Of a stretch of 26,875 bases of DNA, positions 10,217 to 21,287 are shown one piece after another (within the stretch, counting starts at the first letter, position 1; every line of letters begins with the position of its first letter). The stretch is taken from NCBI GenBank assembly GCA_002269645.1, contig NIVC01005078.1:1-26875 (forward strand). Direction: 5' to 3'. The position numbers and the translations under genes were made by a program. A model generated the notes under the pieces. It was not told where the DNA came from and did not search any database. It saw only the letters and a program-made list of their open reading frames with translations. Origin of the DNA: Macrostomum lignano. Taxonomy: Eukaryota.

Positions 10217-10734
10217 GTGGCTGCCTTTCCTTTCTGACTCAACAGCTGCTAACTCATCAATCTACGAGCATAAAAGCAATCTGGCACATCACGTTTTTGT
10301 AAAAAAATGACACAATTAAAGCAAACTATTTTTGTGATTCAACATTTTTCTCATCGAAAAGTTCACCGCAGGTAAACAGACAAATTTTCACAGTGTATTT
10401 CTCAAAATACCGTGTAGTTGTAAATCTAAATAGCTACATGTACTAAAAATCTGCATGAGTGCGTGCGGAACTGTACTGTACTGTACAGTAATAACATTTA
10501 CTAATTTTCCTTCTAATTGAAAAGTTAAAAATAGAAAAATTCAACTGAAAAATAGTATTCCTTGTTTTATTGAGCCTAAAAATGAAAAAAAAACTTGATC
10601 GGCCAAAAAATTCTACATACTACTGCTCTAGAAAGTGTAAAATAGTAGTGTACGAGCGTATTACGACTTAAAGCTCCACTGTTTCATTATTTTATAGCAG
10701 TTTTCAACGAATCCAGATGAATTACGTCATCCCA

Positions 10735-13700
10735 TCAAATTTTCCCATGCAGCCAGTAAGTCTTCATCTTTTTCTCCTAAAAGTGAAGAAATATTGGTTT
10801 AATAGGTTATTTATTCTCAATAAAAACCATAGACAAATGAAGCATAATTAGAAATCCCAGTCAACTGAATCCCAGTTAGGGAATCCAAGTCAGGGGAATC
10901 CCAATCAGGAGAATCCCAGTCAAGGCAATCCCAGTCAGGGCAATCCCAGTCAGGGGAATCCCAATCGGTGGAATCCCAGTCGGTGGAATCCCAGTCAGTT
11001 AAATCCCCGTCAGGGCAATTCTAGTCAGGGAAATCCCAGTCGGTGGAAACCCAGTCAGGGGAATCCCAGTCAGGGGAATCCCAGTCAGGGGAATCCCAAT
11101 CAGGAGAATCCCAGTCAAGGCAATCCTAGTCAGTTAAATCCCCGTCAGGGCAGTTCTAGTCAGGGAAATCCCAGTCGGTGGAAACCCAGTCAGGGGAATC
11201 CCAGTCAGGGGAATCCCAGTCAGGGGAATCCCAATCAGGAGAATCCCAGTCAAGGCAATCCTAGTCAGGGGAATCCCAGTCAGTGGAATCCCAGTCAATG
11301 GGATTCCAGTCAGAGGAATCCCAGTCGGTGGAATCCCAGTCGGTGGAATCCCAGTCGGTGGAATCCCAGTCGGTGGAATCCCAGTCAGTTAAATCCCCGT
11401 CAGGGCAATTCTAGTCAGGGAAATCCCAGTCGGTGGAATCCCAATCGGGGAATCCTTATCAGGGGAATCCCAGTCAGTGGAAATCAACCAGATGATCTGG
11501 AATCCCAGTCAGGTTAATCCCAGTCAGGGAAATCCCAGTCAATGGAATCCCAGTAAGGGATTCCCAGTCAGGGAATCCTAGATTGCTCAATCTGCAATCT
11601 CAAAGTCCAGAGAGTAATAAGTTGTAAATTTAGTGCTAAAAACGGAAATTTAGTCCTTATCTCGCCGCTGCAATACGTTCGTAGGCACAGGAAATTTCTG
11701 AGAAACGTTGTCGAAAATCTGAATCATTTTTTCCTACCTGAACTTCGACTTCGCCGCGAAATTCCAGCTCAAACTGGTTGGTGATCTCCAACAGGGCGAA
11801 AGTTCGCTCGCTAATCTGGACTTTCGATGCTGAAAAAAAATTGTGAAAAAAACTCGTCTCATACTTATAGTAATACTAGAGCATTTTATTGCAATTTTTT
11901 TCCTACGCTGCCCGGTGGACTCCATGCAGTTGGCGATGTGCACCGTCTCGCCAAAAAGACAGTAGCGCGGCATCTTGGTGCCCACAATCCCGGCAACCAC
12001 GGCTCCTGAAAAATTAAATCAGCCAATATTAGCCAATAGCAGATGGTACTTTGAATCAAAATGATTTTTTCACCTGAGTGAATCCCAATGCGAATTTTCA
12101 CGCGGCCTTTTTCCAGGGCTCCGGTGGAAAATTCCATCATTGCGTCGCGAATGTCCAGCGCCACTGAGGCGATCTCCGCTGCGAAGGGAAAATTATCCCG
12201 AATAGATGAATACTATAGTGGCATATTGATTAATCAGCCTGCCTCTCCCTGCCTGCATCTCCCTGCCTGCCTCTCTCTGCCTGCATCTCCCTGCCTGCCT
12301 CTCCCTGCCTGCCTCTCCCTGCCTGCCTCTCCCTGCCTGCCTCTCCCTGTCTGCCTCTCCCTGCCTGCCTCTCCCTGTCTGCCTCTCCCTGCCTGCCTCT
12401 CCCTGCCTCTCCCTGCCTGCCTCTCCCTGCCTCTCCCTGCCTGCCTCTCCCTGCCTGCATCTCCCTGCCTGCCTCTCCCTGCCTGCCTCTCCCTGCCTCT
12501 CCCTGCCTGCCTCTCCCTGCCTGCCTCTCCCTGCCTGCCTCTCCCTGCCTGCCTCTCCCTGCCTGCCTCTCCCTGCCTGCCTCTCCCTGCCTGCCTCTCC
12601 CTGCCTGCCTCTCCCTGCCTGCCTCTCCCTGCCTGCCTCTCCCTGCCTGCCTCTCCCTGCCTGCCTCTCCCTGCCTGCCTCTCCCTGCCTGCCTCTCCCT
12701 GTCTGCCTCTCCCTGCCTGCCTCTCCCTGTCTGCCTCTCCCTGCCTGCCTCTCCCTGCCTCTCCCTGCCTGCCTCTCCCTGCCTCTCCCTGCCTGCCTCT
12801 CCCTGCCTGCCTCTCCCTGCCTGCCTCTCCCTGCCTGCCTCTCCCTGACTGCCTCTCCCTGCCTGCCTCTCCCTGCCTGCCTCTCCCTGCCTGCCTCTCC
12901 CTGCCTGCCTCTCCCTGCCTGCCTCTCCCTGCCTGCCTCTCCCTGCCTGCCTCTCCCTGCCTGCCTCTCCCTGCCTGCCTCTCCCTGCCTGCCTCTCCCT
13001 GCCTGCCTCTCCCTGCCTGCCTCTCCCTGCCTGCCTCTCCCTGCCTGCCTCTCCCTGCCTGCCTCTCCCTGCCTGCCTCTCCCTGCCTGCCTCTCCCTGC
13101 CTGCCTCTCCCTGCCTCTCCCTGCCTGCCTCTCCCTGCCTCTCCCTGCCTGCCTCTCCCTGCCTGCCTCTCCCTGCCTGCCTCTCCCTGCCTGCCTCTCC
13201 CTGCCTGCCTCTCCCTGCCTGCCTCTCCCTGCCTGCCTCTCCCTGCCTGCCTCTCCCTGCCTGCCTCTCCCTGCCTGCCTCTCCCTGCCTCTCCCTGCCT
13301 GCCTCTCCCTGCCTCTCCCTGCCTGCCTCTCCCTGCCTGCCTCTCCCTGCCTGCCTCTCCCTGCCTCTCCCTGCCTGCCTCTCCCTGCCTCTCCCTGCCT
13401 GCCTCTCCCTGCCTCTCCCTCCTGCCTCTCCCTGCCTGCCTCTCCCTGCCTCTCCCTGCCTGCCTCTCCCTGCCTGCCTCTCCCTGCCTCTCCCTGCCTG
13501 CCTCTCCCTGCCTGCCTCTCCCTGCCTGCCTCTCCCTGCCTGCCTCTCTGCCTGCATCTCCCTGCCTGCCTCTCCCTGCCTGCCTCTCCCTGCCTCTCCC
13601 TGCCTGCCTCTCCCTGCCTGCCTCTCCCTGCCTGCCTCTCCCTGCCTGCCTCTCCCTGCCTCTCCCTGCCTGCCTCTCCCTGCCTCTCCCTGCCTGCCTC

Positions 13701-16700
13701 TCCCTGCCTCTCCCTCCTGCCTCTCCCTGCCTGCCTCTCCCTGCCTCTCCCTGCCTGCCTCTCCCTGCCTGCCTCTCCCTGCCTCTCCCTGCCTGCATCT
13801 CCCTGCCTGCCTCTCTGCCTGCATCTCCCTATCTGCCTCTTCCAATGATACTAATCTTCTAGCAAATCTCGCAGTCCTTTATCCCATCGGGAGTCCCCCG
13901 GCAACTACACAGAGGCTCACAAGCGTGCATATCGCCATTCTTGATGGGCACTCCCGAGGCCACCATGTACGCATCGCCGATCGTCTCAACTTTGAAGGCG
14001 TCGTACATTTCAATTATGTTGTCGAATAGGCTGCGGATGGAGAAGTGGAAGCTCCATTATTTTTCTGTCTTCCTCTTTCTGTCTTTTTGAGGTCTTCCTC
14101 AAATTTCTGATGCTTAATTACCGAACCATAGAATCCCAAGGTCAAAATATACAATCCCGAGATCCTATCTTTAATCCCGAGATCCCATCTCCAATCCCCA
14201 AATAACATCCACAATCCCGAGATCCCATCTCCAATCCCTACATCCCATCTACAATCCTGAGATTCCATCTACAATCCTGAGATCTCATTTCCAATCCCAA
14301 GATCCCATCTCCAATCCCAAGATCTCATCTCCAATCCTGAGATCCCCTCTCCAATACTGAGATCCTATCTCCAATATCGAGATCCCATCTCCAATACTGA
14401 GATCCCATCTCCAATCCCTACATCCCATCTTCAACCCTTTGATCCCATCTCCAATCCCTAAATCACGTCTTCAATCCTGAGATTCCATCTCCAACCCTGA
14501 GATCTTATCTCTTATCCTGAGATCCCATCTCAAATCCCTACATCCCATCTACAGTCTTGAGATCCCATCTACAATCCCGAGATCCCATCTCCAATTCTTT
14601 GATCCCATCCCCGATCCCAAGATCCCATCTCCAATCCTGAGATCCTATCTCCAATTCCGAGATCCCATCTCTCCAATCCGAGATCCCATCTTCAATCTCG
14701 AGATCCCATCTCCAATCCCGAGATCCCGAATCCCAAGCGAGATCTCATACAAGGCTTACGAGTAGAGACTATTGAGCAGGTCGATAACCTCCATCGGTGA
14801 GATGCTTGACGAGATCACAGTGAAGCTGACGATGTCGCTGAAGTAGATGCTGACGCACTGGAACGTCTCAGGTTCCACCGTGAGGCCCTTGGTTAGCTGG
14901 TCGGCCACCGTCCGAGGCAGCATCTGGAACAGCAGCGTCTCTGTGCGCTTCTTCTCGACCTGTAGGGACGTGGGAGTCAGTTTGGCTCATTTAGCTTAAT
15001 AAACTCTTTGAATTCATTTTCCTGGCTGCTATTGTGTGTACCATTGAAGTTCTGACCTGCAAGTTTGGAGTTCGGATCTCGGGATTGGAGGTGGGATCTC
15101 GGGACTGAAGATGAGATCTCAAGGTTGGAGATGTGAACTCGGGATTGGAGATGGGATCTCGGATTGGAGAGATGGGATCTCGGAATTGGAGATGGGATCT
15201 CGGATTGGAGAGATGGGATCTCGGAATTGGAGATGGAATCTCGAGATTGGAGATGGGATCTCGGGATTGGAGGTGGGGTTTAGGGCTTGGAGCTGGGATC
15301 TCGGGATTGAAGATGAGATCTCAAGGTTGGAGATGTGAACTCGGGATTAGAGATGGGATCTCGGGACTGGAGATGGGATCTCGGATTGGAGAGATGGGAT
15401 CTCGGGACTGGAGATGGGATCCCGAGATTGGAGATGGGATCTCGGATTGGAGAGATGGGATCTCGGAATTGGAGATGGGATCTCGGGATTGGAGATAGGA
15501 TCTCAGGGTTGGAGATGGAATCTCGAGATTGGAGATGGGATCTCGGGATTGGAGATAGGATCTCAGGGTTGGAGATGGAATCTCGAGATTGGAGATGGGA
15601 TCTCGGGATTGGAGATAGGATCTAAGGACTGGAGTTCGGATCTCGGGACTGGAGATGGGATCTCGGGATTGGAGATGGGATCTCGGATTGAAGAGATAGG
15701 ATCTAAGGACTGGAGTTCGGATCTCGGGACTGGAGATGGGATCTCGGGATTGGAGATAGGATCTCAGGGTTGGAGATGGAATCTCGAGATTGGAGATGGG
15801 ATCTCGGATTGAAGAGATAGGATCTAAGGACTGGAGTTCGGATCTCGGGACTGGAGATGGGATCTCGGGATTGGAGATGGGATCTCAGGGTTGGAGATGG
15901 AATCTCGAGATTGGAGATGGGATCTCGGGATTGGAGATAGGATCTCAGGGTTGGAGATGGAATCTCGAGATTGGAGATGGGATCTCGGATTGAAGAGATA
16001 GGATCTAAGGACTGGAGTTCGGATCTCGGGACTGGAGATGGGATCTCGGGATTAAAGATGTGAACTGGGGATTGAATATGGGATCTCGGAATTGGATATG
16101 TAAACTGAGGATTGGAGATGAGATCTCAGGATTGGAGATGGGATATCGGATTAGAGATGGGATATTGGATTAGAGATGGGATCTCAGGAATGGAGATGGG
16201 ATGTCAGGATTGGAGATGGGATATCGGATTAGAGATGGGATCATAGGATTGGAGATAGAATCTCGAGATCGGAGATGGGATCTCGGGATTGGATCTGGGA
16301 TCATCAGAAAGTTTTGAATTCCAATGAAAAAGTAGTTACGTGGATAAACTAGCTATTAATGCTTGAGATTCCATGTTTTCGGTATATAGGATGAGGGCTT
16401 TCATCTAGGAATCAGGGTTGGATTATGGAAAATTCGATCACCGCAATCACATCCTGATTACATTAAAAGTGGCAGGAGCCATCTCTCACCTGCAACGCTT
16501 TAATTTTCTTTCGCAGTTTTACGGCATAGGTGAGAATCATCTGGCCCATGGCTCTGATGGTGGAGGCGTACCACACGGTGAGGCTGACACACAGAATCGT
16601 CACGATGATGAACAGAGTGGAGAACACGATTAAGTTCATTCTGGCCTCGTTAACAGAAGCTTTGAGCTGACTAACTATCGAGTCCGAGACGGAGTTCCGC

Positions 16701-19700
16701 ACCTGCGGATTGTGTGCATAGTGGGTCTTCTAATTAAGCAACTTCTAATTCTCTAGGGATTAAACGTGTGCTTGGAATTTGAATTTATTTAATCAATAAG
16801 CTTAGTTGCATTTCAATTAACTCAAAGCCTTAATTAAACGGATCAGCTCAACGAGCATCGTTCGTCTTCTTTGAAAGTAGAAATGCATCTCCTGCTGAGG
16901 CTTTTTTCCTGTAATTATTTTCTAGATTAAGATTCCTTATTAGAACAGGCGCGACCGACATCTAATTAGGCCAGAAGTGCAGCTAGAGATTTTTATTGAG
17001 GGGTAGTTAGGACCGCCTCTTTGAGGGCGCCATTTACTTTGAGGGGTGGCGCTATTTCATATTAGAATTGGCGCCATTTCATTTGAGATGTGGCGCCATT
17101 TCATTTGAGATGTGGCGCTATTTCATATTAGAATTGGCGCCATTTCATTTGAGATGTGGCGCCATTTCATTTGAGAGGTGGCGCTATTTCATATTAGAAT
17201 TGGTGCCATTTCATTTGAGATGTGGCGCCATTTCATTTGAGATGTGGCGCCATTTCATTTGAGATGTGGCGCCATTTCATTTGAGATGTGGCGCCATTTC
17301 ATTTGAGATGTGGCGCCATTTCATTTGAGATGTGGCGCTATTTCATTTGAGATGTGGCGCCATTTCATTTGAGATGTGGCGCCATTTCATTTGAGATGTG
17401 GCGCCATTTCATTTGAGATGTGGCACAATTTCATTCAAATCTCAAGCGACTCACCTGAACGAAGAGATTTATGAGCACAGTGGTATTGTCAAACCAGCCC
17501 TGAGCCAGCACGCTTCGGAATTGCTGCTCCTGTGTGTTGCAATAATCGATGAAGCTGCTGTTCAGCATCATTGCCCGTTTCAATGTTAAATTGCTGTCTA
17601 AATTGGCGGTGTTCATGTAAACCGTCTCGAACTCGCTGATGCAAGAGGCGCAATAGCCCCTGCCAATGTCGTACTCAGTTAGTTGAGTTCCGTAGAGGCG
17701 CAGAAAGTACTGCGGGTGAATTGAGGGTTGCTTCAGTACTATTCAAGATTCTTGTTTATCGTGTGAATTTAATTATTGTAATTATATTTATTTCCGAATG
17801 TAACATCCCGTTGTGGGGTAGGAAGATTCCGATTGTACATCCCGTTGTGGGGTAGAAAGATTTATTTCCGAATGCACATCCCGTTGTGGGGTAGAAGATT
17901 CCGATTGTACATCCCGTTGTGGGGTAGGAAGATTCCGATTTTACATCCCGTTGTGGTTAGGAAGATTCCAAATGTACATCCCGTTGTGGGGTAGGAAGAT
18001 TCCGATTGTACGTCCCGTTGTGGGGTAGGAAGATTCCGATTGTACATCCCGTTGTGGGGTAGGAAGATTCCAAATGTACATCCTGTTTTGGGGTAGAAAG
18101 ATTTCGTTCCGAATGTACATCCCGTTGTGGGGTAGAAAGATTTCTTTCTGAATGTACATCCCGTTGTGGGGTAGGAAGATTTCTTTCCGAATGTACATCC
18201 CGTTGTGGGTAGGAAGATTTATTTCCGAATGTACATCCCGTTGTGGGGTAGGAAGATTCTGAAGGTACATCCCGTTGTGGGGTAGGAAGATTCTGAAGGT
18301 ACATCCCGTTGTGGGGTAGGAAGATTCTGATTGTACATCCCGTTGTGGGGTAGGAAGATTCCGATTGTACATCCCGTTGTGGGGTAGGAAGATTCCGAAT
18401 GTACATCTCGTTGTGGGGTAGAAAGATTTTTTCCGAATGTACATCCCGTTGTGGGGTAGGAAGATTTCTTTCCGAATGTACATATCCCGTTGTGGGGTAG
18501 GAAGATTCCGAATGTACATCCCGTTGTGGGGATAAATAAATAATTAAATAATTAAATTGTGACTGTACAGTCTCGTAAACGTTTTAAATAAATGAGTTCG
18601 GCTACCGCATGCCGGCCTATCAAAACCCACCCTGAAAAGTTCGGGCGGCAGGTGGCAGTTGATGAACCAAGACGAGCCCAGGGCTCGCTGCAGTCCGATA
18701 GCCTCGGTGACTCGCAGAATGGCTGAAAAGGCCAGCATTTGAGTCCAGAGCTTGCTGCCCGGAGGGAAAATGGCGGTGCTGTCGCCCCAGTCCATCAGCA
18801 TGTTGATGAAGGGAGTGTAAAAGTCCGGCGAGTCAATTGTTTGCATTTCGTGAGCACTGAAACGAGGAAGGTTTAATAGTTTTCTTTGCGAAAAAGGACG
18901 TCATAAAAAACTTACATCTCTAAGAATTAATTCCCTAATAATTATCTCACTTGTGTTTTTGCGGTCATAGAAACTCACGCCGATGGATGATGGTCTCAGA
19001 ATCACAGAATCTCACCCCCAGTGATGATGATCTCAGCATCTTACAATCTCACCCCAAGTGGTGATGGTCTCAGAATCTCACCCCAAATGATGATGGTCTC
19101 ACAATCTCGTCCCAAGTGATAATGGTCTCACAATCTCACAATCTCACCCCAAGTGATGATGGTCTCACAATCTCACCCCAAGTGATGATGGTCTCAAAAT
19201 CTCACCCCAAGTGATGATGGTCTCAGTATCTCACAATCTCACCCCAAGTGATGTGATCTCAGAATCTCACCCAAAATGATGGTCTCACAATCTCGCCCCA
19301 AGTGATGATGATCTCACAATCTCACCCCAAGTGATGATGGTCTCACAATCTCGTCCCAAGTGATAATGGTCTCACAATCTCGTCCCAAGTGATAATGGTC
19401 TCACAATGTCACAATCTCACCCCAAGGGATGATGGTCTCACAATCTCACCCCAAGTGATGATGGTCTCACAATCTCACCCCAAGGGATGATGGTCTCACA
19501 ATCTCACCCCAAGTGGTGATGGTCCCATAATCTCACCCCAAGTGATGATGGTCTCACAATCTCACCCCAAGTGATGATGGTCTCACAATCTCGTCCCAAG
19601 TGATAATGGTCTCAAAATCTCACAATCTCACCCCAAGTGATGATGGTCTCACAATCTCATCCCAAGTGGTGATGGTCCCACAATCTCACCCCAAGTGATG

Positions 19701-21287
19701 ATGGTCTCACAATCTCACCCCAAGTGATGATGGTCTCACAATCTCGTCCCAAGTGATAATGGTCTCAAAATCTCGTCCCAAGTGATAATGGTCTCAAAAT
19801 CTCACAATCTCACCCCAAGTGATAATGGTCTCACAATCTCACCCCAAGTGATGTGGTCTCACAATCTCGTCCCAAGTGATAATGGTCTCAAAATCTCACA
19901 ATCTCACCCCAAGTGATAGTGGTCTCACAATGTCACCCCAAGTGATGTGGTCTCACAATCTCACCCCAAGTAATGATGATCTCAGCATGTCACAATCTCA
20001 CCCTGCATCAAGGAACTCACATGGTGTCGACTCGACGCCGGAACCAAGCCAGGTTGGCGGCCATGTCAGCTTTGGTGTAGAGCGGCCTGATGGGCACAGT
20101 ATAACCGCTGCTGGTGTTGCTATAGTAAAAGTACTCAATGGGAGGCCAGATGCTCATGCCCTCAAGAGCGGCATCCGAAATAACTCGTTGATTTTTGATC
20201 CGCTGATAAAAGACCATGTCGGTGCCGTTCGAGGCCAGGAAGGTTGCCGTCAGGCCGCGCTCGATCTGCAGGCTGCCGACCAGTTTGCTCATGTCCATGT
20301 TGCCTGAGAAGTGGAGTGAGCATTTTGAGAATTGAGAATATTAAGAATTAGAAGGCTGCGCGGTATCGGGCAAAGAATGAAATGGCGCTCCCTATTGAAT
20401 GACGCTTTGAATTAATCACCCTTCATGACGACTGCACGTATGAACATTTGAAGTACAAGGATGCGGACGCCTAATCGGAATTTTCTCGAGTGAATTTTTG
20501 TTTATGGCAAAACCCCATGCGTTCCCTGTCACTCTCCCGCCTGGGTCCTGCTTGGATTCAACCGCAAGGGCATCAGGGCGGTAGCCGCGATGATGGTCTC
20601 AGGTCAATGGCATCGCCCATTCTGCCTCTCCGGTGTTGAGCGCTTCATCTGTGAATGCCCTGCTTTCAATCCGGATCTCTTTTCCGGCTAGCTACCTAAG
20701 GCCTACCGGACGAGTAACCAACCGCCTCTTCGCCTCTCTTGGACTCTCCGGCAGTCCTGGATCTCCCTGCCCGACACCGCAGCTGCCCGTGGTTGTCAGG
20801 GGTCAGTCGAATGGGCGGTGACGCCTCCCCGCTGCACCCGGATGCCCGGAGCATCCCCTGCAAAAAAGTCAAGTAAGTCCTTCGCGAAGAAAGACGACTT
20901 GATCGGATCTCTGAGTATTACAGATAAATTTAGTCGATAAGATTGCCAGCAGATCTCAAACTCACCTGTCAGTGACACCTGAGCCCGCTGACTCTGCGAG
21001 AACGTGCTCGATGCCCTCGTCAAACCGACAGTGCCAATGGACAGAGCCGCTATCACCGGAATGCTGATCACTGCCAGCATTTTGGCCACCTCAAGCGCCT
21101 GTCTGCAGGCCGTCTGGGTGTCCAGAATCACCTGGATGCGGCCCTTTGTGTCCGAGTTAGCGCTGGATACCATTGACGTGCTCGAGCGTGCGACCAAGGC
21201 TGGGGCTATGCCGTTTGCAACGGAAGCTGCGCTGCTGCTCCGCATGTCGAGGACGCTGGCGCGCCCGTTGGAATATGAGTAGGACAT
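10735..21287 (-). CDS. NIT-domain transmembrane guanylate cyclase (NIT-GC family), 648 aa, complement(join(10735..10776,11738..11829,11907..12005,12074..12178,13921..14030,14760..14959,16490..16702,17455..17709,18631..18856,20021..20303,20966..21287))
   Basis: All 10 introns are GT-AG with consistent phases (1,2,0,0,0,2,1,1,1,0); total 1947 nt = 648 aa + stop. TM1 ([20 protein letters not shown]), NIT motifs [41 protein letters not shown]; TM2 ([22 protein letters not shown]); helical linker [21 protein letters not shown]; cyclase motifs [54 protein letters not shown] on the minus strand at 10566-10571. Confidence 0.92.
10852..11580. repeat. ~15-bp minisatellite (GAATCCCAGTCAGGG) in cyclase intron 10
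   Basis: Tandem AATCCCAGTC-cored units with recurring ~70-bp higher-order blocks. Confidence 0.93.
12234..13842. repeat. 14-bp/10-bp satellite (CCTGCCTGCCTCTC / CCTGCCTCTC) in cyclase intron 7
   Basis: 1.6 kb nearly pure array; explains the 522-586 aa artefactual ORFs. Confidence 0.98.
14152..14748. repeat. 20-bp minisatellite (GAGATCCCATCTCCAATCCC) in cyclase intron 6
   Basis: Tandem degenerate copies; reverse complement of the intron 5 array. Confidence 0.95.
15066..16302. repeat. 20-bp minisatellite (GGGATTGGAGATGGGATCTC) in cyclase intron 5
   Basis: Period 20 is clear at e.g. 15901-15960; reverse complement of the intron 6 array. Confidence 0.96.
17026..17440. repeat. 22-bp minisatellite (TGTGGCGCCATTTCATTTGAGA) in cyclase intron 4
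   Basis: Exact period 22 (17221, 17243 ...). Confidence 0.95.
17789..18531. repeat. 34-bp minisatellite (GATTCCGATTGTACATCCCGTTGTGGGGTAGGAA) in cyclase intron 3
   Basis: Period 34 (18001, 18035) with longer variants. Confidence 0.95.
18974..20003. repeat. 29-bp minisatellite (CTCACCCCAAGTGATGATGGTCTCACAAT) in cyclase intron 2
   Basis: Period 29 (19561, 19590) with ATCTCACA insertion variants. Confidence 0.95.

Noticed and set aside
12088-13848. 522-586 aa ORFs on both strands
   Set aside because: Translations of a stop-free 14-bp satellite lying inside a well-defined cyclase intron; several frames are open at once.
15111-20307. ORFs at 15111-15993, 17068-17262, 17862-18519 and 19876-20307
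   Set aside because: All derive from intronic minisatellites or are antisense to real cyclase exons.
20620-20720. [11 protein letters not shown] as a LINE C-terminal zinc-knuckle remnant in cyclase intron 1
   Set aside because: Only a short motif-like match, lacking the His and upstream Cys pair; insufficient.
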